Source: an uncultured Chloroflexia bacterium (lineage in GTDB: Bacteria > Chloroflexota > Dehalococcoidia > SZUA-161). From it: a DNA stretch of 64,000 nucleotides. Of the stretch, positions 19,547 to 30,526 are shown piece by piece. A program made the position numbers and the translations under genes. The notes under the pieces are model-generated. The model made no database searches and was not told where the DNA came from. It saw only the letters and a program-made list of their open reading frames with translations. The stretch lies in NCBI GenBank assembly GCA_963847595.1, contig CAWKAJ010000001.1:268729-332728 (forward strand). Direction: 5' to 3'. Each line of letters starts with the position of its first letter. Position 1 is the first letter of the stretch.

Positions 19547-20927
19547 TTACGAATGGCAAGAACGTTGAAGAATAGCATGGTTGGAGCAGGTGCTCCAACC
19601 TACCCAATGTAGGGGCAATTCATGAATTGCCCCTACACCCTTCGCGGAGGACAATTCCTCGTTCACGGGACAAATATCGCACCTGCGCTGGCGGCAGAAG
19701 GTCTTGTCCAGATGGAGCAGGCCCTGTTGACGCCGTGCCGAATCCACAATGGCGGAGGCCTTTGAGCCCAGCAGCCTGGTCAGGCCACGGGTTATCTCGT
19801 TCTCCCCTGACTTAGGGTAGATTCTATAAAGCCACAGGGCTGCCTCAGCTAGACCTGCCCCCGAATTGGCCTCGGCCCAGGCAAAGGCAAAAGGCAAGGC
19901 GATGTTGACCACGATCTCCCGGGCCCTGACCTGACCGATGAGAGCGCGTCCTCCAGGGGAACGATAGTCCTCGCCAGCCACCATGAAGCCAGCCTCGAGA
20001 CGCCCGATATCGGAGCGGGACTCGCCCACCAGCCGAAGCACTCCCTCGAGAAGCCCTTCATCCCTGAAGCGGGCGAGCAGATGGGCAGCACCCGTGAGAC
20101 GGCGGGCAGGGTGGTTCTCGGGGCGCACTCGGAACAGATGCCAGCGGGAGAGGCTCAGGGGCTCCCTGTCGCCCAGGCAGCGCCAGACTCTCTCCACTTT
20201 GGCATTACCTCGCGGCAGCAGCCCCGCCATGACCAGGAGCAGCGCTCTGAGCAGCGCAACCCGCTCCGGATAACCCTTGTCCCAACAAACGCTTTCCAGG
20301 AACGCCAGCGGCAGGCGGCGGGCCAACTCCCGGAACGGCTCCTTGTTCCTGGTATATCCCAGCGCTTCCATGACACCCTGATACAGCACCTGAGACGGCA
20401 GCTCCTCGGCCATTCCAGCGGCAAAACTGGATACCTTCAGCCTGAAGCGCTCCTCACCGGCCTCATCCAGCAGCCTGCCCATCTCGTCATCGCCGAGCCG
20501 GCACAGGGCATCGTGGCAGGGCTCGGCAGGGGCCGTATCGAGACTAGCCCAACAGCGCACTTCCTCCAGCGAGCCCATAAGGCAACGGCGCAGGCTCAAT
20601 GTGGGCACTGTCCTGCCGTTCTGGAGAACTGCTGGTGACTCCCCATCCCAGACCACCTGAAGTATCAGCCCGTTATAGGCGGGGTCACAGCCATGGCCGT
20701 GGCTCTTCCAGTCCGAAGCCTTCAAGTGAAGCTCTATATCCCCGACCAGCAGTCCGCTGCTCTCGGTGGCGATGACAGCGCCCAGGAAATCGGGGCCGCT
20801 ATCCCTGTTCTCCTTCCCCGAGTAGATAACCTGGACTTTTTCACCGGAGCCAGTGACTAGGCTCTCCGCTGATATCAGTTGCCTAGCCCAGATGCGGACT
20901 AAAAGGCGCTCATCGACTTTATCTATA
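19547..20927 (-). CDS. DUF2851-like protein; called ORF starts at TTG (20725) but the conserved N-terminus continues in-frame upstream with no canonical start
   Basis: Upstream in-frame translation IDKVDERLLVRIWARQLI...GPDFLGAVI...GDIELHLKASDWKSHGHG looks like the family N-terminus. In-frame stop TAG is rc of 20939-20941. Confidence 0.5.
19586..19650. repeat. palindromic repeat module (TTGGAGC-AGGT-GCTCCAA + GTAGGGGCAATTC-ATG-GAATTGCCCCTAC)
   Basis: Same two-hairpin organisation as R1/R2. Confidence 0.65.
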
Positions 20928-21073
20928 ACAACCCCCTTCTACAAATTTTATGCACTCGATAAGGGACTTCTCAGGCCCAGTCAATAGCTGCACCTCAAAG
21001 GGCACCAGGCTATATGCCGTAGCATATGAAGGCCCAGGATTCGATTTGAAGGGCTCTGCCCCTGGTGCCTGAC

Positions 21074-21325
21074 TCAAACATCGTCTACGGCGGGTTCCTT
21101 CTCAGCATACGCTCTGTATACGAAACCGGCGCGCTCGGCGACCAGGGAGAGCAGGGTGGCCGAGGTTCCCCGCGGACTGTACATGCCGATCTCCCACTCG
21201 CTGATGGTCTGCTGGCGAGTGCCTAGCTCACCGGCCAGCTCCTGCTGGGTCAGCCCCAGGTGAGCCCTGAGCGCCTTGATGCCCTCGCTGTCCCACTGGA
21301 CTTTTCCCTTCTTGCGCTGTTTCAT
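21074..21325 (-). CDS. XRE-family helix-turn-helix transcriptional regulator
   Basis: LGLTQQELAGELGTRQQTISEWE HTH. 83 aa. Confidence 0.75.
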   Translation of the reverse strand: MKQRKKGKVQWDSEGIKALRAHLGLTQQELAGELGTRQQTISEWEIGMYSPRGTSATLLSLVAERAGFVYRAYAEKEPAVDDV

Positions 21326-21589
21326 GGGCAGATTTTACACGCAACCGTGTAAAATGTCAAGACCTACTCAACGGTCTGGGTGGAAAACGGTGGACTGACA
21401 TCGGCAGTTCCGGGACTAAATAGCGACACTATGGGGACTAAACCATCTCCAGCGGTCTACCAACCGACCAGGCTGCGAAAAACGCTATAGGTCAGGACTG
21501 ACCGACCCTCACAGTCCACCCTTATCCAGAGCGAACTACGTATGACATAAGCCGATAAGATGTTAAACAGACTGCTTAAGTACGGACTG

Positions 21590-21618
21590 TTGACAGTCCG
21601 CCTTATTTCTGGTATAAT
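21590..21618 (+). promoter_or_regulatory. sigma70-type promoter TTGACA-17-TATAAT overlapped by palindrome CGGACTGT-tg-ACAGTCCG
   Basis: ttgaca 21590-21595, tataat 21613-21618. Palindrome 21583-21600. Additional GGACTG/CAGTCC sites at 21392, 21495-21517 and 21628-21647. Confidence 0.55.
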
Positions 21619-21673
21619 ACTGCGCACGGACTGAACTGTATAGTCCTCAAAATATGAAGTCCCGAGGAAGGCA

Positions 21674-22375
21674 ATGGCAACTATCAAAGACTACGAACTG
21701 GAGGGGCGCGGACTTATCCCGCCCTACGGACCCGCGCGGGGGATGCTCCAGGCGCTGAACCTGCTGCGCAGGACGACGCCTTCCCGGATAGATAGCGACT
21801 TCCTGCGCATCAATAAGATCGCTCCGGGCAACGAATACAAGGTGGTGGGCGCATTGAGGTTCCTGGGGCTCATCGATGAGGACGGCAAGCCCACAGAGGG
21901 CAGCCGCGTTCTGAAAACCAAAGGGACTACATATACCCAAGCCCTGCAGGAGATAGTCCGCAGAGCCTATTCGGGTGTATTTCACGGACTGCGGGACAAC
22001 GGAGTGACCCGGGAGGGAATATACAACTACTTCGTCACCGAAGGCGGGATGGGGGCTGAGATGGCAAGCAAAGCCACCCGCTTTCTGATCAAGCTGTGCC
22101 GGCTGGCTGAAATCGAGCTGGCCCCAGAATCGCCCAGAGGGGCCTCCCGAGGAAAAAGAAAGGCAAAAGCCCAGCCGCAGCACTATATCAAGTCCCAGGC
22201 CGAGCCTGGGGGCAGGGACTTCGACCTCCAGTCCCCTACCCAGGTGGCATCCGCCCAATTCCCTGTGGTGCTGGCCCTGACGCCGGAAACAGCGGCCATG
22301 AGCCAGGAGCAACTGACCGAGCTGTTTCGCAAAATGAGGATTGCCCTGGAGCAGTCCGCTGCCAGCAAAAATTAG
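21674..22375 (+). CDS. hypothetical protein (globular N-domain, basic low-complexity linker, C-terminal helix)
   Basis: 233-aa ORF directly downstream of the consensus promoter. RBS gaggaagg. Confidence 0.55.
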   Translation: MATIKDYELEGRGLIPPYGPARGMLQALNLLRRTTPSRIDSDFLRINKIAPGNEYKVVGALRFLGLIDEDGKPTEGSRVLKTKGTTYTQALQEIVRRAYSGVFHGLRDNGVTREGIYNYFVTEGGMGAEMASKATRFLIKLCRLAEIELAPESPRGASRGKRKAKAQPQHYIKSQAEPGGRDFDLQSPTQVASAQFPVVLALTPETAAMSQEQLTELFRKMRIALEQSAASKN

Positions 22376-22445
22376 CCCACCCCGGCGTTTCCGAAGCTAA
22401 AGCCGCCAGAAGCCCCAGAATCGGCGCAGGCCGTTTCGACATACC

Positions 22446-23391
22446 ATGATACCAGTCCCGTTCGGTCTTTCGCTAAGCCTTTCCTCTTTATTGAACCATT
22501 GGCTTGTGCTGTTGTGGTATAATAATCACATGTCGTACTGGAGTTTCGTCAGGGCATTCATTCTTTGTGTTGCCCTGCTGGCACTGCTGACCCCCGCCTG
22601 TGGTCAAAAAGACGGCCTCCGCAGCGAGATAACCAACGCAATAGACAAGATGTCAGGAGTGGATCACTTCCGGTCGACGGTTAACAAGATCACAGTTACA
22701 AACGGTTATGTCCAATCACTTTCGGCCACGGTGGAGTACTCGGGCAGGTGCTCTAATCACTGGTACGAAATCACAGTAGAAAACCGTGCCGGCAACGGTA
22801 CCACCGAGCCTTTCGGCAAAAACTGGTATTTAGAACCGGGCTCCTCTACTGAATGGCAGGAATCCATACTGATAAGCGGTAACGGTTACTGGTGGAGTTC
22901 GACCCAACCCCAATGGCGCCTCTCTTCTGTGGACTGCGTGGTGAATTCAGGACCACTGGATAGCGAATTTCATCTCTACTCTTTTCTGGGCAGCATTGAG
23001 GAGCTACCGGCCGAAAACATAGGTAACATGAGTTGCAAGCGCTACAAGGTCGATGTGGACTACGAACAAGCAAATTGAAGAAATGAGGAAACTCCAAGAG
23101 ACACCTATAATCTTAGTAGAAGGCGGAGGAAATATATCCTTGATAGATTGGATGGAGATGACACGCCAGAATGAGGCTGTTGCTGAATTCTGGATTGATG
23201 AAGAAGGCTATATCAGACAGTTAAAGACAGAAAAGCGGTCCCTAGCTGGACCTAACGGTGGGCAGGACGAGTGGACTACAGAGATCACGGTCATCAGATA
23301 CTCCGATTTCAACCAGCCGATCACCATAGAGCCACCCCCAGCACCCCCGTCCACTTCTCCCACGCCTACTCCCACACCATCACCCCATTAA
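22446..23391 (+). CDS. putative secreted protein/lipoprotein, apparently split by a frameshift near 23053-23078 (possible pseudogene or sequencing error)
   Basis: Signal-peptide-like AFILCVALLALLTPACGQ. ORF 22446-23078 and overlapping ORF 23053-23391 (different frame) are co-directional with a 26-nt overlap. Pro/Thr-rich C-terminus. Confidence 0.4.
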
Positions 23392-23469
23392 CATATGCCC
23401 CTCCATTAGTCATCATATAGGCAGGTGTGGGTCCCATTTCATTTCACACGCCCTACTGCCTTTTCCCCC

Positions 23470-23575
23470 ATGTCATTGCGAGCGTAGCGAAGCAATCTCA
23501 TCGCACCCCTTCATACCCACGAGCACGCGGAGATTGCTTCGTCGTCCGCCAGAGGCGAACTCCTCGCAATGACAT
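23470..23575. repeat. MITE-like element with 13-bp terminal inverted repeats ATGTCATTGCGAG/CTCGCAATGACAT and nested 12-bp IR CGAAGCAATCTC/GAGATTGCTTCG
   Basis: Read directly. The left-end module ATGTCATTGCGAG...CGAAGCAATCTC also occurs at 10568-10618. Confidence 0.6.
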
Positions 23576-23657
23576 AATATATAGGACCCACCCCCGTTTG
23601 CCCCTCCACCCCAGATGTGCTACAATCTCTCGGCTATAAGGCTATAATAGGAATGAG

Positions 23658-24773
23658 ATGTCGGACTTAAAATACTGGGTGGGGTTTAACCGCATACAGG
23701 GACTGGGCCGAGCCAAGTTCTCCCTGCTGGAGGGATATTTCAGCGACCTGGAGCACGCCTGGAAGGCCGGCGCTGCGGAGTTGAAGGCGGCGGGACTGGA
23801 TGGCAAGTCCATCGAGGCCATTGTCACCGCGCGGCCAGATATATCGCCGGAGGCCGAGCTGCAGAAGCTGGAACGCCTTAATGTCAGGGCGCTCACCTGG
23901 AACGACCCCGCCTTCCCCGCCAGGCTCAAGGAGATTTACGATGTGCCGCCGGTGCTCTACGTTCGAGGTGATATCACCCCGGAGGACGAGTGGACTATCG
24001 CCGTGGTGGGCACCAGGCGGGCTACGATATACGGGCGGGAGGTGACCGAGCGCTTGGTTGCCGAGCTGGTGCGCAACCGCATCACCGTGGTCAGCGGGCT
24101 AGCGCGCGGCATAGACTCCATAGCACACCGCACAGCGCTCGAGTCAGGAGGGCGCACCATCGCGGTGTTCGCCTGCGGGCTGGACACGGTCTACCCACCG
24201 GAGAACGTGAAGCTGGCGCAGGCCATTATGGAGCACGGCGCGCTGGTGAGCGAGTACCCGCTGGGCACCAGGCCCAAGGCAGAGCACTTCCCCCGCCGCA
24301 ACCGCATCATGTCGGGCATAAGCCTGGGGGTGCTGGTTGCCGAGGCCGGCGAGGGCAGCGGAGCTATGATCACGGCAACCCTGGCCCTGGAGCAGAACCG
24401 CGAGGTGTTCGCGGTGCCCGGGAGCATACTCTCACCGGCGAGCCGCGGCGTCAACCGCTTAATTAAGGAAGGGGCCAAGCTGGTGAGCGAGGTACAGGAT
24501 ATCCTGGAGGAGTTGAATTTGACGATGATACCGCGACAGATGGAGATGAGGGAGTTGGTGCCGGAGAACGAGACAGAGTCGCTGATCATGAAATACCTGT
24601 CCCACGAGCCCACCCATATTGACGAGGTCTGTCGCAGCTCGAGTTTGCCTATCGCCACCGTCTCCAGCACCCTGGCGATGATGGAGCTTAAGGGAATAGT
24701 ACGCCAGATGGGCGGGATGAATTACATCCTGGCCCGCGAGGCGAGAGCCAGCTATCAGTTAGGAGCTAATTAA
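23658..24773 (+). CDS. dprA: DNA processing protein A (Smf/DprA)
   Basis: Rossmann-like DprA core (VVSGLARGIDSIAHRTALESGGRTIAVFACGLD), C-terminal winged-helix-like extension. Confidence 0.85.
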   Translation: MSDLKYWVGFNRIQGLGRAKFSLLEGYFSDLEHAWKAGAAELKAAGLDGKSIEAIVTARPDISPEAELQKLERLNVRALTWNDPAFPARLKEIYDVPPVLYVRGDITPEDEWTIAVVGTRRATIYGREVTERLVAELVRNRITVVSGLARGIDSIAHRTALESGGRTIAVFACGLDTVYPPENVKLAQAIMEHGALVSEYPLGTRPKAEHFPRRNRIMSGISLGVLVAEAGEGSGAMITATLALEQNREVFAVPGSILSPASRGVNRLIKEGAKLVSEVQDILEELNLTMIPRQMEMRELVPENETESLIMKYLSHEPTHIDEVCRSSSLPIATVSSTLAMMELKGIVRQMGGMNYILAREARASYQLGAN

Positions 24774-24775
24774 CG

Positions 24776-26866
<2,091 letters not shown>

Positions 26867-26869
26867 GAG

Positions 26870-27778
26870 GTGGAAGAACTATTCCAGAAGTATATTAAAC
26901 ACCTGCAAGTGGAGCGAGGCATCTCCGCATATACGGTGAGGAACTACAGCACGGATATCCGGGGCTTCCTGGATTTCCTAGGCAGCAATGGAGTGTCCTC
27001 GCTCGATAAGGTTGACCGCGCCATGATGCGCCGGTATCTGGGCTGGCTCCAGGAGCAGGGCATAACCCGAAACAGCATCAGTCGCAAGCTCAGCGCATTG
27101 AGGTCATTTTACCGGTATCTAATGCGAGAGAATTTGGTCAATACCGAGCCGGTGTCGTCTCTGTCGGCACCCAAGCTGGAGCAGAGACTGCCCACGTTCC
27201 TTGCCACCGATGAGGTAGTACGGCTGGTCGAGGCACCTGATACCTCGACACCGAACGGCATGCGGGACAGGGCGATACTGGAGATGCTCTACGCCTCCGG
27301 GCTGCGCCTCAGCGAGATTGTGGATTTGAACTTGAACGATGTCGACCTGAACTCACGCCAGATCAGGGCCTGGGGCAAAGGCTCGAAGGAGCGGATAGTG
27401 CTCATGGGCAAGCCCGCAGCTGAAGCGCTGAGGCGTTATGTCAAGCATGGCCGCCCCAAGCTTCAGGGCAAGAAGAGGAGCCAGGCGCTTTTCCTGAACC
27501 GCTTCGGAGACAGGATTGCCCGGCGCCGCATCGAGTACATAATCGAGAAATGCGCCCGCCAGGCAGGGCTCGATATGAGGGTTTACACCCACATGCTGCG
27601 CCACACCTTCGCCACTCACATGCTCGACGGCGGGGCTGACCTGAGGGCGGTGCAGGAGCTTCTGGGACACGCCCGGCTGGCCACCACCCAGGTCTACACC
27701 CATGTGAGCCAGAACCAGATACGCCGTACCTACCTCGCCGCCCATCCCAGGAGCGCCAAGAAGGAAAGAGGGCGATGA
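26870..27778 (+). CDS. xerC: tyrosine site-specific recombinase XerC/XerD family
   Basis: N-terminal SAM-like domain (AYTVRNYSTDIRGFLDFL). Catalytic R..HxxR..Y (LRHTFATHML...VYTH). Confidence 0.75.
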   Translation: MEELFQKYIKHLQVERGISAYTVRNYSTDIRGFLDFLGSNGVSSLDKVDRAMMRRYLGWLQEQGITRNSISRKLSALRSFYRYLMRENLVNTEPVSSLSAPKLEQRLPTFLATDEVVRLVEAPDTSTPNGMRDRAILEMLYASGLRLSEIVDLNLNDVDLNSRQIRAWGKGSKERIVLMGKPAAEALRRYVKHGRPKLQGKKRSQALFLNRFGDRIARRRIEYIIEKCARQAGLDMRVYTHMLRHTFATHMLDGGADLRAVQELLGHARLATTQVYTHVSQNQIRRTYLAAHPRSAKKERGR

Positions 27779-28233
27779 AGATACTTGTTATCCACGGGCC
27801 CAACCTGAATATGCTCGGCTCCCGAAAGCCCGAAATCTATGGCACCAAGACCCTTGCCGAGATAAACTCCCTGCTCCAGAAAAGGGCCGGCGATCTCGGC
27901 GTGGAGCTGGAGTCGTACCAGTCCAATCACGAGGGCTATTTGATAGATTTCATCCAGAAGAAGGCAAAAAAGGCAGCAGGCATTATCATTAACCCGGGAG
28001 CGCTTACCCATTACGGGCTCTCCCTGCGCGACGCCCTGGAAGATACCTCCCTCCCCGTAATCGAGGTCCATCTCTCCGATATCCAGCACCGCGAGGAGTT
28101 TAGAAAGGTGTCTGTGATCGCGCCCATAGCGCGAAAGCAGATATCAGGTCAGGGATGGCAAGGGTACATCATAGCCCTGGAGACCGTGACGGCTCTGCTA
28201 ACAGAAGGTAAACATGACCAACCGTCTCGGTAA
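27775..28233 (+). CDS. aroQ: type II 3-dehydroquinate dehydratase
   Basis: ILVIHGPNLNMLGSR, the classic AroQ N-terminus. 152 aa. Confidence 0.85.
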   Translation: MKILVIHGPNLNMLGSRKPEIYGTKTLAEINSLLQKRAGDLGVELESYQSNHEGYLIDFIQKKAKKAAGIIINPGALTHYGLSLRDALEDTSLPVIEVHLSDIQHREEFRKVSVIAPIARKQISGQGWQGYIIALETVTALLTEGKHDQPSR

Positions 28234-29290
28234 ACTCCGCAGCCAGCTCGACCCAAAGGGGCTCGACGCCATTATTATCTCTCAGGCTGAGAACCGCCGT
28301 TACCTCTCGGGATTCACAGGCTCAGCTGGATTTCTACTCATCTCGCAACAAAGGGCTATTTTAGCCACAGATTTTCGTTATGTCGAGCAGGCGCAGTCTC
28401 AAGCGCCGGGGTTCGAGGTGGTTCAAATACAGGGCGAGATAGCGAAATGGTTTCCCCAATTGGTCTCAGAGTTGGGCTCCCAGAAATTAGGATTCGAAGG
28501 TAAGTCTATTTCCTTCTCCACCTATAAGGAATTGACGGATGCCCTAAGCAATGCAAAGAGAAAAATCAGCCTTACCTCCAGCGATGGGCTGGTGGAATCC
28601 CTGCGCGCGGTGAAGGATAAGGATGAATTGGGGCTTGTGGAAAACGCTGCAACGCTGGCCGATGCGGCATTGGAATATATAATACCTCGAATCAAGCCGG
28701 GTGCCTCGGAGAAGGAGATTGCCTGGGAGATAGAGAGCTTCCTGCGCCGAAACGGCAGCGAGTCCGTGCCCTTCGAGTTAATCGTGGCCTCCGGCCCTAA
28801 CTCAGCAATGCCCCATGCCAGGCCCACAGACAGGGCTATTCGTCAGGGCGAGCCGGTGGTCATAGACATTGGAGCGACAGTCAGGGGGTACACCAGCGAT
28901 ATCACGCGCACCGTGTGCTCAGGCGATGGTGACAGCACCTTTAATCGGATTTATGATATAGTCTTAGGCGCGCAGCTCACAGCCATGGCGACTCTGCAGA
29001 TAGGCATGACCGGAGAGCAGGCTGACCGTCTCGCCCGCACGGTGATAGAGCAGGCTGGCTATAAGGACGCCTTCGGCCACGGCCTGGGACATGGCGTGGG
29101 TTTGGCTACTCACGAGGAGCCCCGTCTGGGCACGAACTCCAGCGATATCCTTGCCGAGGGCATGGTGTTCACCATAGAGCCCGGCATCTATGTCAGCGGC
29201 TGGGGCGGGATCAGGATAGAGGACATGGTAGTTCTGGAGGAAGGCAAAGCCCGACCACTTACCAAAACAAGAAAGGCGCGGAGGCCTTGA
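28214..29290 (+). CDS. M24-family Xaa-Pro aminopeptidase
   Basis: Creatinase-like N-domain plus pita-bread fold (HGLGHGVGL...HEEPRL...FTIEPGIY). Confidence 0.8.
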   Translation: MTNRLGKLRSQLDPKGLDAIIISQAENRRYLSGFTGSAGFLLISQQRAILATDFRYVEQAQSQAPGFEVVQIQGEIAKWFPQLVSELGSQKLGFEGKSISFSTYKELTDALSNAKRKISLTSSDGLVESLRAVKDKDELGLVENAATLADAALEYIIPRIKPGASEKEIAWEIESFLRRNGSESVPFELIVASGPNSAMPHARPTDRAIRQGEPVVIDIGATVRGYTSDITRTVCSGDGDSTFNRIYDIVLGAQLTAMATLQIGMTGEQADRLARTVIEQAGYKDAFGHGLGHGVGLATHEEPRLGTNSSDILAEGMVFTIEPGIYVSGWGGIRIEDMVVLEEGKARPLTKTRKARRP

Positions 29291-29291
29291 A

Positions 29292-29849
29292 ATGATTGCC
29301 GCCACCGACCTGAAGAAAGGCATGGTCATTGAACTGGATGGGCAGCTCTATGCCATCCTCGACTTTCAACACATCAAGATGGGACGGGGCAGCGCTCAAG
29401 TCAGGCTCAAGATGAAGGACATCCAAGCAGGGCATACCACCGAGCGCACCTTCCAGTCCGGGGAGAAATTTAATCAGGTGCAGATTGAACTGAGTGACGC
29501 CCAGTACTTGTACCGGGATGGCGATTTCTATTACTTCATGGATACCAAGACCTTCGAGCAAATACCGTTGACCTCAGAGCAACTGGGCGATCTCAAGAAA
29601 TACCTCAAGGAAGGGATGACGCTCATTATCTCCCGCCACGGCGACAAAGCGGTGGGGGTCGAGATGCCGCTGATCGTGGAACTGAAGGTCACCGAGACCG
29701 GACCCAGCTTCAAAGGGAACACAGCGCAATCCGGGACAAAGCCAGCCAAAGTGGAGACCGGCATTAATGTTCAGGTACCGTTCTTCATCAGCGCTGGCGA
29801 TGTTATACGCGTCGACACCCGCAGCGGGAGCTATATAGAAAGAGCATAG
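29292..29849 (+). CDS. efp: elongation factor P
   Basis: 185 aa, EF-P fold signature. Loop residue at the conserved modification position is Arg (IKMGRGSAQ). Confidence 0.9.
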   Translation: MIAATDLKKGMVIELDGQLYAILDFQHIKMGRGSAQVRLKMKDIQAGHTTERTFQSGEKFNQVQIELSDAQYLYRDGDFYYFMDTKTFEQIPLTSEQLGDLKKYLKEGMTLIISRHGDKAVGVEMPLIVELKVTETGPSFKGNTAQSGTKPAKVETGINVQVPFFISAGDVIRVDTRSGSYIERA

Positions 29850-29855
29850 CTTTTA

Positions 29856-30521
29856 GTGAGCAACCTGTTAAAAGCCGACCTCCACGTACACACTCGCTAC
29901 TCGGAAGACTCCATATCCCCTCCGGAAAATATTGTGCAGCACTGCCTCAAGGTGGGAATCAATTGCGTGGCAATCACCGACCACAACGAGATCTCAGGAG
30001 CTTTCGAGGTTAAACGCATTGCACCATTTAAGGTCATCATCGGGGAGGAGGTATTGACCAACCAGGGCGAAATCATCGGTTACTTCCTCACGGAGAAGAT
30101 ACCAGACCGCCTCTCTCCCGAGGAGACGGTGGCGCGGATAAAGGCACAGGGAGGGCTTGCCTGCGTTCCCCACCCCTACGACCGCTTCCGGAGCGGGGCA
30201 AAGCTTCGTCCCCAGGCCCTGAAGAAAATACTGCCAGACATAGACTTGATAGAGGTCTTCAATTCCCGGGCCATGCTGCTGCGGGACTCGGCACGCGCCC
30301 TCGAGCTTGCCCAGAAGCACGGGCTTCCAGGCACAGCCGGCAGCGATGCCCATATCGCTCGGGAAATAGGCAGCACCTACATGGAGATACCGGAGTTCAA
30401 CGATGTCGAGCAGTTTCGACAGGCATTGAGGCAGGGAAAGGTTTTCGGGCACAGGACCAGTTTCTTCATTCATTTCTACGGTATCAGGAACAGATTGGTC
30501 AAACAGTTTCAAAGGAGCTAG
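29856..30521 (+). CDS. PHP-domain metal-dependent phosphoesterase
   Basis: ADLHVHTRYSEDS...AITDHN, the PHP motif. Confidence 0.75.
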   Translation: MSNLLKADLHVHTRYSEDSISPPENIVQHCLKVGINCVAITDHNEISGAFEVKRIAPFKVIIGEEVLTNQGEIIGYFLTEKIPDRLSPEETVARIKAQGGLACVPHPYDRFRSGAKLRPQALKKILPDIDLIEVFNSRAMLLRDSARALELAQKHGLPGTAGSDAHIAREIGSTYMEIPEFNDVEQFRQALRQGKVFGHRTSFFIHFYGIRNRLVKQFQRS

Positions 30522-30526
30522 CACCC

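Noticed and set aside
19309-19578. 89-aa ORF between tsaD and the DUF2851 gene
   Set aside because: No RBS or motif. The region has better support as a structured RNA plus repeat module.
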